Shown piece by piece: positions 1 through 8,017 of a DNA stretch of 64,000 bases. Every line of letters starts with the position of its first letter. The stretch's first letter is position 1. Source of the DNA: Actinomycetota bacterium (GTDB lineage Bacteria; Actinomycetota; UBA4738; HRBIN12); the NCBI GenBank assembly GCA_035640355.1, contig DASQWI010000019.1, positions 55,222-119,221 on the forward strand, in the 5' to 3' direction. The notes beneath the pieces were generated by a model. The model did no database searches and was not told where the DNA came from. It was given only the letters and a program-made list of their open reading frames with translations. The position numbers were made by a program, and so were the translations under genes.

Positions 1-504
1 CATCTGCAGCCCCGCGAGATCCAACGGCTGAGTGCCGCGAATACCAAGCTCGTCGCGCCCAAGGACGTCGCGAACGAGCTCGCGGGAGACGTCACGCCGG
101 TATCGCCGGGCGAGTCGCACGAGGTCGCAGGCGTGCGGTTCGAGACCGTACCCGCCTACAACGTCGCGCCCGACCGACTCGACATGCACCCCAAATCGAA
201 TGATTGGGTCGGTTACGTGTTGGAGTTCGACGGACGCCGCTACTACCACGCAGGCGACACCGACGCGCTGCCCGAGCTTGAGTCACTGCACACCGACGTT
301 GCGATGGTGCCGATCGGTGGGACGTACACGATGGACTACCGAGAGGCCGCGGCGTTCGTGAAGGCCATGGAGCCCGGACTCGCGGTTCCCATGCACTTCG
401 GTTTCGTCGTGTGTTCGCCGTCACACGGCGACCTGTTCCGCAAGGAGGCGCAGCCGATCTCGGTCGAGGTGCTCGAACCGATGAACCAATACGAGCAAAC
501 CTGA
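1..504 (+). CDS. MBL-fold metallo-hydrolase, 3' part (5' end upstream of window)
   Basis: Frame 1 is open from nt 1 to the TGA at 502-504. Translation (..YHAGDTDA..VPIGGTYTMD..) resembles the C-terminal half of UPF0173/YtkL-type metallo-beta-lactamase-fold proteins. Confidence 0.7.
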   Translation, partial: HLQPREIQRLSAANTKLVAPKDVANELAGDVTPVSPGESHEVAGVRFETVPAYNVAPDRLDMHPKSNDWVGYVLEFDGRRYYHAGDTDALPELESLHTDVAMVPIGGTYTMDYREAAAFVKAMEPGLAVPMHFGFVVCSPSHGDLFRKEAQPISVEVLEPMNQYEQT

Positions 505-530
505 GAGAGGCCCAAGAGAAAGGAACACGA

Positions 531-1445
531 ATGGCTCTCGGCTACGACAAGCCGCTCTACATCCTCGCGTTCGACCATCGCGGCTCGTTCCAGAAGAAGT
601 TCTTCGGAGTGGCCGGTGAACCGAACGCCGAGGAGGCAGGGCGCATCTCTGACGCGAAGAACGTGATCTACCAGGGCGCGAAGCGGGCGCTCGACGAGGG
701 CGTTCCCCGCGAGTCCGCTGGCGTGCTCGTCGACGAGCAGTTCGGCGCCGACGCCGCGCGAGACGCGAAGGCGTCCGGGTTGACCCTGGCCATGCCCGTC
801 GAGAAGAGCGGGCAGGACGAGTTCGACTTCCAGTACGGAGAGGATTTCGGAGCGCACATCGAGGAGTTCGATCCCACGTTCTCCAAGGTGCTCGTCCGGT
901 ACAACCCGGAGGGCGGCCACGAATCCGACGCGATGAACGCTCGACAGTCCGAGCGCCTCAAGCGTCTCGGTGACTGGTTGCACGGGAAGGGACGGAAGTA
1001 CCTGTTCGAGCTGCTCGTCCCGCCGACGCCGCAACAGGTCGAAGCTGCCGGCGACGAGCAGACATGGGACCGGGACGAGCGCCCCAAGCTGATGAAGACG
1101 GCGATCGAGCAGCTGCAGGCGTCGGGTGTCGAACCCGACATCTGGAAGATCGAGGGGATCGATCACCGTGAGGACTGCGAGACGATCGCCGCGACGACAC
1201 GGGCCGGGGGGCGGGCCGGCGTCGCGTGCGTCGTCCTCGGACGCGGAGCCGACGACGCAGCCGTCGACCACTGGCTCAGGACGGGGTCGGGAGTTCCCGG
1301 CTACATCGGTTTCGCGATCGGTCGTTCGATCTGGTGGGACCCGCTGAAGGCGTTCGTGGACGGGAACCTCGAGCGCGAAGAGGCGGCCAAGCAGATCGCC
1401 GCCAACTACCGGCGTTTCATCGACGTCTACAACGGGAGGGCGTAG
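531..1445 (+). CDS. DUF2090 / 2-deoxy-5-keto-D-gluconate-6-phosphate-aldolase-like protein
   Basis: ATG at 531 follows a purine-rich AGAAAGGAA. MALGYDKPLYILAFDHRGSFQKKF.. matches my recollection of stand-alone DUF2090 (IolC C-terminal-like) proteins. The longer ORF from 411 overlaps the upstream gene. Confidence 0.6.
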   Translation: MALGYDKPLYILAFDHRGSFQKKFFGVAGEPNAEEAGRISDAKNVIYQGAKRALDEGVPRESAGVLVDEQFGADAARDAKASGLTLAMPVEKSGQDEFDFQYGEDFGAHIEEFDPTFSKVLVRYNPEGGHESDAMNARQSERLKRLGDWLHGKGRKYLFELLVPPTPQQVEAAGDEQTWDRDERPKLMKTAIEQLQASGVEPDIWKIEGIDHREDCETIAATTRAGGRAGVACVVLGRGADDAAVDHWLRTGSGVPGYIGFAIGRSIWWDPLKAFVDGNLEREEAAKQIAANYRRFIDVYNGRA

Positions 1446-1447
1446 GG

Positions 1448-1651
1448 ATGGCGGTCATCAAGACGATCGACCTCGTGGGAGTTTCATCTGAGTCGTGGCG
1501 AGACGCTGCGCAGCAAGCGCTATCAGAGGCGGCGAAAACGATCCGCGGGATCGACTCGATGGACATCCTCGGCACGAGCGCCGTCGTGAAGGATGGCAGC
1601 ATCACCGAGTACCACACGCAGGTCAGGATCAGCTTCCGCATCGAGCGCTAA
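1448..1651 (+). CDS. dodecin-family flavin-binding protein
   Basis: 67 aa, starts 3 nt after the upstream stop. The pattern VIKTIDLVGVS..SWRDAAQQAL..A.KTIRGI....I......V.DG.I.EY...V.ISF is typical of dodecins. Confidence 0.8.
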   Translation: MAVIKTIDLVGVSSESWRDAAQQALSEAAKTIRGIDSMDILGTSAVVKDGSITEYHTQVRISFRIER

Positions 1652-1676
1652 CCACCCTCGCTAGACTCGCGGCGTC

Positions 1677-2972
1677 ATGCCTGCCTCGATCGTCGTGGGG
1701 ACGCAGTGGGGGGACGAGGGTAAGGGCAAGGCGACCGACTATCTGGCGGACCGGATGGATTTCGTCGTCCGGTATCAGGGCGGAAACAACGCCGGCCACA
1801 CGATCCTTGCCGAGGGGCACACGCTCAAGCTGCAGCTGATCCCGTCGGGCATCCTGTATCCGCACATCACCTCGGTGATCGCCGACGGCGTCGTCGTCGA
1901 TCCGCGCGTACTGCTCGAGGAGGTGGACGGACTTGCCGCCCTCGGCATCGCGATCGACCCATCGCGACTCGTCGTGAGCGGGAACTGTCACATGATCATG
2001 CCCTACCACTTGGAGCTCGAGAAGGTGACGGAGCGGTTCCTCGGCAAGAACGCGCTCGGCACGACGAAGCGCGGAATCGGTCCGGCGTACGCCGACAAGG
2101 CGGCGCGGATCGGACTTCGGATCCAGGATCTGTTCGACGAGAAGATCCTTCGAGAGAAGCTCGACGTCGTCCTCAAAGAAAGGAACCAGGTCCTGACGCG
2201 TGTCTATGGGCGGTTGCCGATCACCGCGGGCCTCATCGTCGACGACTACGTGCGCTACGCGGAGCGACTTGGCCCGCACGTCGTCGACACGTCCAAGCTG
2301 ATCCACGAGGGCCTCCGCGCCGGCAAGAACGTCCTCCTGGAAGGCGCTCAGGGGACCATGCTCGACCTCGACAAGGGGACGTATCCGTTCGTTACATCCT
2401 CGAATCCTGTGGCCGGCTACGCGCTCGCGTCGGTGGGCATCGGGCCGCGCGAGGTCGACCGCGTCGTCGGGATCACCAAGGCATACGTGACGCGCGTCGG
2501 CGCGGGGCCGTTCCCGACAGAGGACACCCGTTCGGACGGCGAGCGGCTTGGCGCGCGCGGCCGCGAGTTCGGGACGGTGACCGGACGCAAGCGCCGCTGC
2601 GGGTGGTTCGACGCGGTGATCGCGAGATACGCGGCACGCGTGAATGGTCTCACCGAGCTGTTCGTGACCAAGCTCGACGTGCTGTCGGGATTCGAGACGC
2701 TCAAGGTATGCACGGCCTACCGAGCCGGCAACGAGATGTTCGAGGACTTCCCTCCGAATCAGTCGTTGTTCCACGACGCGGAGCCGGTGTACGAGGAGCT
2801 GGAGGGGTGGGACGAGGACCTTGGGCGGGTGCGTTCGTTCGGCGACCTTCCCTCCCCCGCGCGGAAGTACCTCGACCGGTTGCAGGATCTGGCAGGCGTT
2901 TCGATCGGCGTCGTCTCGGTCGGGCCGGCGCGAGAGCAGAGCCTCACCGCCGAGGGAGGCGCGGCACAGTGA
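1677..2972 (+). CDS. purA: adenylosuccinate synthase
   Basis: 431 aa. Contains QWGDEGKGK P-loop, GGNNAGHT and GTTKRGIGPAY motifs. Confidence 0.97.
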   Translation: MPASIVVGTQWGDEGKGKATDYLADRMDFVVRYQGGNNAGHTILAEGHTLKLQLIPSGILYPHITSVIADGVVVDPRVLLEEVDGLAALGIAIDPSRLVVSGNCHMIMPYHLELEKVTERFLGKNALGTTKRGIGPAYADKAARIGLRIQDLFDEKILREKLDVVLKERNQVLTRVYGRLPITAGLIVDDYVRYAERLGPHVVDTSKLIHEGLRAGKNVLLEGAQGTMLDLDKGTYPFVTSSNPVAGYALASVGIGPREVDRVVGITKAYVTRVGAGPFPTEDTRSDGERLGARGREFGTVTGRKRRCGWFDAVIARYAARVNGLTELFVTKLDVLSGFETLKVCTAYRAGNEMFEDFPPNQSLFHDAEPVYEELEGWDEDLGRVRSFGDLPSPARKYLDRLQDLAGVSIGVVSVGPAREQSLTAEGGAAQ

Positions 2973-2997
2973 GCGAAGCGAACGTTGGGCGAACCCC
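2956..2997 (+). repeat. 42-nt palindromic intergenic repeat, copy A (overlaps the purA stop)
   Basis: GAGGCGCGGCACAGTGAGCGAAGCGAACGTTGGGCGAACCCC aligns position by position with copy D (60199-60240) and with the reverse complements of copies B and C. Confidence 0.85.
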
Positions 2998-3007
2998 GGG
3001 CTGATCG

Positions 3008-4288
3008 ATGAGGGTGCTCGTCGTCGGCGGCGGAGCGCGTGAGCACGCGCTCATCTGGCGCATGGCGGAGAACCCGACGATCGACAAGCTGTTCGCGGCG
3101 CCCGGGAATGCCGGAATGGCCAAGGACGCCGAGTGCGTTCCGGTCGCGCTCGACGACGTCACTGCGATCGCCGACCTCGTCGATCGGCAGCGGATCGACC
3201 TGACCGTGGTCGGCCCGGAGATCCCACTCGTCGCCGGACTGGCGGACGAGCTCCTCGCGCGGGGACGGCTCGTATTCGGTCCGATGAAGGACGCGTCCAG
3301 GCTCGAGGGTTCGAAGTCGTGGGCGAAGTCGCTCTGCGAGCGGTACGGCATCCCGGCCGCGCGTTCGCGAACGGCGACCACGATGGAAGGTGCGCTCGAG
3401 GCGCTCGACGAGTTCGAGGCCCCGTACGTTGTGAAGGCCGACGGGCTCGCGGCCGGCAAAGGCGTTGCCGTCGTCGCGGACCGCGACGAGGCGATGGCCT
3501 GGCTTCGGGCGTCGCTGGAACAGCGCACGTTCGGGGCGGCGGGAGCGACAGTCGTGATCGAGGAGTTCCTCTCCGGAACCGAGGTGTCGGCGATCGCGCT
3601 TTCCGACGGGCGCGACGTGTTGCCGCTCGCGTTCGCGCAGGACTTCAAGCGCGTGGGCGACGGCGACGCCGGGCCCAACACCGGAGGGATGGGGGCGTAC
3701 TCTCCGGTGCCCTTCGTCGACGACGCGACGGCGGACGAGATCCTGAACGACGTGCTCGTTCGCACCGTACGCGCGATGGAATCCGAGGGCGCACGCTACG
3801 CAGGCGTGTTGTATGCCGGACTGATGCTCACCGAAGAAGGTCCCAAGGTGCTCGAGTTCAACGCGCGATTCGGCGACCCCGAGACGCAGGTGATCGTTCC
3901 GCGACTCGGCTCCGATCTCGCCGAGTTGTGTCTCGCGTGCGCGGAGGGGAACCTCGCCCTCTACAAGACGAACCTGTCGCCGCAGTCGTGCGTGACCATC
4001 GTGCTCGCGTCGGGCGGCTATCCGGATACCTACGAAACGGGGTTCGCGATCGAGGGGCTCGATGCAGCCGAATCGGTCGAGGGCGCGCTCATCTTCCACG
4101 CCGGCACCGCGGAGCGCGGGGGTAGAGTGGTCACTGCCGGGGGGCGTGTCTTATCGGTCGGCGCGCTCGGGGACGATGTCGCCGAGGCGAGGGCGCGGGC
4201 GTACGAGGCGGTGTCGCGCATCTCGTTCGACGGGATGCGCTTTCGGAGCGATATCGCAGCGAAGGCGGCGGAAGGGGGGAGAGCGTGA
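3008..4288 (+). CDS. purD: phosphoribosylamine-glycine ligase
   Basis: 426 aa ATP-grasp protein. MRVLVVGGGAREHAL.., ..YVVKADGLAAGKGV.., ..GPNTGGMGAYSP.. are typical of PurD. Confidence 0.97.
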   Translation: MRVLVVGGGAREHALIWRMAENPTIDKLFAAPGNAGMAKDAECVPVALDDVTAIADLVDRQRIDLTVVGPEIPLVAGLADELLARGRLVFGPMKDASRLEGSKSWAKSLCERYGIPAARSRTATTMEGALEALDEFEAPYVVKADGLAAGKGVAVVADRDEAMAWLRASLEQRTFGAAGATVVIEEFLSGTEVSAIALSDGRDVLPLAFAQDFKRVGDGDAGPNTGGMGAYSPVPFVDDATADEILNDVLVRTVRAMESEGARYAGVLYAGLMLTEEGPKVLEFNARFGDPETQVIVPRLGSDLAELCLACAEGNLALYKTNLSPQSCVTIVLASGGYPDTYETGFAIEGLDAAESVEGALIFHAGTAERGGRVVTAGGRVLSVGALGDDVAEARARAYEAVSRISFDGMRFRSDIAAKAAEGGRA

Positions 4289-4758
4289 ACGGCGAGGCCC
4301 CGCAGGTCGGCGTACTCGTCGCCTCGCCGGCAGAGCTCGCAGTGATGCAGCAGGCCACGGCGATCCTGGAGAAGCTCGAGATCCCTCACGAGATCCGCGT
4401 CATGTCGGTCGCTCGGAGTCCCGATCTCGTCGACGAGTACGCGCGCACCGCGTTCGACCGCGGCCTCAAGGTGGTCGTGTGCACGACCGGCATCTCGGGC
4501 CATCTCGCATCCGCCGTTGCGGCGCGAACGATCCTCCCGGTGATCGGGGTGCCCGTCACGAGCGATCAGATGGGTGGCGAACAGTCGCTCTATGTCACGG
4601 CGCAGATGCCGAGCGGCGTCCCGGTGGCAACCGTCGGGGTCGACGCCGCCGTCAACGCCGCCGTCCTCGCCGCGCAGGTCGTCGGGGTGGGCGATCCGGT
4701 TGTGCAGAAGCGCTTGTGGCGGTTCAAAGACGACCTGGCGGAGGGCCTCCGGCTGTGA
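4285..4758 (+). CDS. purE: PurE-family protein (N5-CAIR mutase fold) with non-canonical active-site motifs
   Basis: GTG overlaps the purD stop (GTGA). 157 aa, colinear with PurE (..LPVIGVPV.., ..SLY...QMP.G.PVATV..). However GSxSD reads ASPAE and SAHR reads SVAR. Confidence 0.8.
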   Translation: MNGEAPQVGVLVASPAELAVMQQATAILEKLEIPHEIRVMSVARSPDLVDEYARTAFDRGLKVVVCTTGISGHLASAVAARTILPVIGVPVTSDQMGGEQSLYVTAQMPSGVPVATVGVDAAVNAAVLAAQVVGVGDPVVQKRLWRFKDDLAEGLRL

Positions 4759-4771
4759 CCCTCCGCGAGAT

Positions 4772-6076
4772 GTGATCTCGCGGTACGCCCTTCCCCGGAT
4801 GGCGGCCGTTTGGTCGGACGACGCCCGCCTGCGCCACTGGCTGGAGATCGAGATCTTGGCGGTCGAGGCGTGGGCTCGGCTCGGCGTCGTGCCCGAGGCC
4901 GACGCGCGTCAGGTACGTGAGCGCGCCGTGTTCGATCCGGCCCGCGTCGAGGAGCTCGAACGCGACACCAGGCACGACGTGGCCGCGTTCGTCCAGGACG
5001 TGGCCGAGTCGGTCGGTCCGGCCGGTCGATGGGTGCATTTCGGCCTGACGTCGTCCGACGTGCTCGACACGGCGCTGGCCCTGCAACTTCGAGAAGCCGC
5101 CGACCTGTTGCTCGATGACGTCGAGCGGCTGCTCGCCGTGGCGAAGGCCTTGGCCCTCGAGCATCGCGACACCGTGATGGCTGGTCGTACGCACGGTGTC
5201 GTGGCCGAACCGACGAGCTTCGGTCACAAGGTTGCGCTGTGGGCGTTCCAGCTCGATCGCGACCGCGAGCGACTCCGTCGTGCCCGCGAGACGGTGAGCG
5301 TCGGCGCCATCAGCGGCGCCGTGGGGACGTACGCGCAGGTCGATCCGCGGATCGAAGAAGAGCTGTGCGCGCGCCTCGGCCTCCGCTCGGTCGAGGCGTC
5401 GAACCAGATCGTCGCGCGCGACCGTCACGCCGAGTACCTCAGCGCGATGGCGATCGCGGCCACGACGCTGGACGCGGTCGCCACCGAGATCCGTCATCTC
5501 GCCCGCACGGAGGTGCGTGAGGTGCAGGAGCCGTTCGCCGAAGGGCAGAGGGGCTCGAGCGCCATGCCGCACAAGCGGAACCCCGTGCGATGCGAGCGGA
5601 TCACGGGCCTCGCGCGGGTAGTGCGGGGCAACGCGCACGTCGGACTGGAGAACGCCGTGCTGTGGCACGAGCGCGACATCTCCCACTCATCGGCCGAACG
5701 GGTCATCCTGCCGGACTCGACGATGGCGCTGGACTTCATGCTGGCCGAGACGGTAGAGATCCTCGAGGGTCTCGTTGTCTTCCCACAACGGATGCGGGAG
5801 AACCTCGACGTCGGCGGTGGGCTGGCGTACTCGCAGAACGTGCTTCTGGCGCTCGTCGACTCGGGGATGAGTCGGAACGAGGCGTACACCATCGTGCAGC
5901 GCGCCGCGGCGTCCGCGTGGGACGATGGGGCTCCCTTCCGCGAGACGATCGCGTCCGACACCGAGGTGCGTGAGCGCATCCGCGGCTCGCTCGATGAGCT
6001 GTTCGACCCGCTGCGCGCGCTTCGCTACCTCGACGTCGTGTTCGACCGCCTCGAGAAGGTCGAGGTGAACGCGTGA
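4772..6076 (+). CDS. purB: adenylosuccinate lyase
   Basis: GTG at 4772 gives (M)ISRYALPRMAAVW, the usual PurB N-terminus. SSAMPHKRNP signature is present. The ORF-track extension from 4574 overlaps purE and is Arg/Ser-rich. Confidence 0.95.
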   Translation: MISRYALPRMAAVWSDDARLRHWLEIEILAVEAWARLGVVPEADARQVRERAVFDPARVEELERDTRHDVAAFVQDVAESVGPAGRWVHFGLTSSDVLDTALALQLREAADLLLDDVERLLAVAKALALEHRDTVMAGRTHGVVAEPTSFGHKVALWAFQLDRDRERLRRARETVSVGAISGAVGTYAQVDPRIEEELCARLGLRSVEASNQIVARDRHAEYLSAMAIAATTLDAVATEIRHLARTEVREVQEPFAEGQRGSSAMPHKRNPVRCERITGLARVVRGNAHVGLENAVLWHERDISHSSAERVILPDSTMALDFMLAETVEILEGLVVFPQRMRENLDVGGGLAYSQNVLLALVDSGMSRNEAYTIVQRAAASAWDDGAPFRETIASDTEVRERIRGSLDELFDPLRALRYLDVVFDRLEKVEVNA

Positions 6077-7023
6077 GCGAGGCGGCTGTGAACCTTCACT
6101 CGCGGGGAAAGGTGCGCGACGTGTATGAGGCAGGCGACGAACGCCTCCTCCTCGTGGCGACGGATCGGATCAGCGCATTCGACGTCGTGCTTCCGAGCCC
6201 GATCCCCGACAAGGGTCGCGTGCTCACCGGCCTCACGCTGTTCTGGCTCGAGCGAACGCGCGACCTGATCGCCAACCATCTTCTGAGCGCCGACCGACGC
6301 GACTTCCCCGAGCCGTTCCGGAGCGAGCCCGCTCTGGCGGGGCGGGCGATGCTCGCGCGGAGGGCGAAGGTCGTGCCGGTCGAATGCGTCGCTCGCGGAT
6401 TCCTCACCGGCTCGGGCCTCAAGCAGTACCGAGCCGAGGGGCATGTGTGCGGCGTTCCGCTGCCACCCGGTCTGGATGAAGCTCACAAGCTCCCCGAGCC
6501 GATCTTCACCCCAACGACGAAGGCCTCGGAGGGGCACGACCTTCCACTCACGTTCGAGCAAACCGTCGACGTCGTGGGAAAGGGTCTCGCCGAGAAGCTC
6601 CGCGAGATCACGATCGCGCTGTATGAGCGCGGCGCCGAGGTCGCCGCCGAACGCGGCATCCTCGTCGCCGACACCAAGTTCGAGTTCGGTTTCGTCGATG
6701 GCGAGCTCATCCTGATCGACGAGGTGCTCACGCCGGACTCGTCGCGGTTCTGGCCTGCCGATGGGTACACGCCCGGCCGCGTGCAGCCCTCGTTCGACAA
6801 GCAGTTCGTGCGCGACTGGCTGGACGCGAGCGGATGGGACCACGAGCCGCCGGCTCCCGACCTGCCGTCCGAGGTGATCGAACGCACCGCGTCGAAGTAC
6901 CGCGAGGCCTACGAGCGCGTCGCCGGCGATCGATGGGATCACTACCGTCACCGGATGGGCGTGATGACGGACAACGACTGGGAGCGCGCGTCGGTGGACC
7001 TCGCGCGTCTCGAAGGCACGTGA
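6073..7023 (+). CDS. purC: phosphoribosylaminoimidazole-succinocarboxamide synthase
   Basis: 316 aa. GTG overlaps the purB stop. GKVRDVY......LLLVATDRISAFD.. and ..ILVADTKFEFG.. motifs are present. Confidence 0.95.
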   Translation: MSEAAVNLHSRGKVRDVYEAGDERLLLVATDRISAFDVVLPSPIPDKGRVLTGLTLFWLERTRDLIANHLLSADRRDFPEPFRSEPALAGRAMLARRAKVVPVECVARGFLTGSGLKQYRAEGHVCGVPLPPGLDEAHKLPEPIFTPTTKASEGHDLPLTFEQTVDVVGKGLAEKLREITIALYERGAEVAAERGILVADTKFEFGFVDGELILIDEVLTPDSSRFWPADGYTPGRVQPSFDKQFVRDWLDASGWDHEPPAPDLPSEVIERTASKYREAYERVAGDRWDHYRHRMGVMTDNDWERASVDLARLEGT

Positions 7024-7295
7024 GGTACGTCGCGCACGTCGAGGTCTCGCTGAAGCCCGGACTCCTCGACCCTCAGGGCAAAGCGATCGAAGGGTCGCTG
7101 CCCGCGCTCGGCTGGTCGAACGTGTCCGACGTCCGCGTCGGCAAGTACGTTCGTCTCGTCGTCGATGCAACCGACCTGGAGGCGGCGACGACCCAGGTCG
7201 GAGATATGTCGCGACGGCTGCTGTCGAACCCCGTCATCGAGGACGCGGTGATCCGCGAGGTCCTCGAGGACGCGGTGGGGAACGACCGAGCATGA
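7020..7295 (+). CDS. purS: FGAM synthase PurS subunit
   Basis: GTG at 7020 overlaps the purC stop. 91 aa. V.V.LKPG.LDPQG.A.. is the characteristic PurS pattern. Confidence 0.9.
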   Translation: MRYVAHVEVSLKPGLLDPQGKAIEGSLPALGWSNVSDVRVGKYVRLVVDATDLEAATTQVGDMSRRLLSNPVIEDAVIREVLEDAVGNDRA

Positions 7296-8017
7296 CCGCG
7301 CGCGCGCCACGGGTCGGCGTGGTCACGTTCCCCGGATCGCTCGACGACCGCGACGCGGTTCGCGCCGTGCGAGCGATGGGCGGGGAAGCCGTTTCGCTCT
7401 GGTCCGGCGAACGCGACCTTGGCGGCGCGGACGCGGTGATCCTTCCCGGCGGGTTCTCCTACGGCGACTACCTGCGGACCGGCGCGATCGCGCGGTTCGC
7501 GCCGGTGATGGATGAGCTCCGCGCGTTCGCCGATGCCGGGCGGCCGGTCGTCGGCATCTGCAACGGATTTCAGATCCTGTGCGAAGCGGGCCTCCTGCCG
7601 GGCGCTCTCATTCGGAATGCCGGCAGGCGGTTCGTCTGCCGCTGGGTGGACGTCCGCGTCGAGACGTCGCTCTCGCCGCTCACCGCCGGGCTCGTCGCCG
7701 GCGAGGTGCTCCGCGTTCCCGTGAAGCACGGCGAAGGCCAGTTCGTCGCCCGTGGGGACGAGCTCGATCGCATGGAGGGCGATGGACTCGTGGTGTTCCG
7801 CTACTGCGATCCCGACGGCGGCTTAGGGGCGGAGCACAACCCGAACGGCAGCGCCGCCGCCATCGCCGGGGTTCGCAACGAGGCGGGCAACGTCGTCGGC
7901 CTGATGCCGCATCCGGAGCACGCGATCGATCCGGATCTCGGGCCGACGGGTGGGCAGCCGATGCTCGCCGCCCTCTTGCAGTCTGCCCTCGACCCGGTCG
8001 CCTCAGGGATCAGGTGA
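7292..8017 (+). CDS. purQ: FGAM synthase glutaminase subunit
   Basis: 241 aa. ATG overlaps the purS stop. GICNGFQ nucleophile elbow and MPHPEHA are present. Confidence 0.95.
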   Translation: MTARAPRVGVVTFPGSLDDRDAVRAVRAMGGEAVSLWSGERDLGGADAVILPGGFSYGDYLRTGAIARFAPVMDELRAFADAGRPVVGICNGFQILCEAGLLPGALIRNAGRRFVCRWVDVRVETSLSPLTAGLVAGEVLRVPVKHGEGQFVARGDELDRMEGDGLVVFRYCDPDGGLGAEHNPNGSAAAIAGVRNEAGNVVGLMPHPEHAIDPDLGPTGGQPMLAALLQSALDPVASGIR

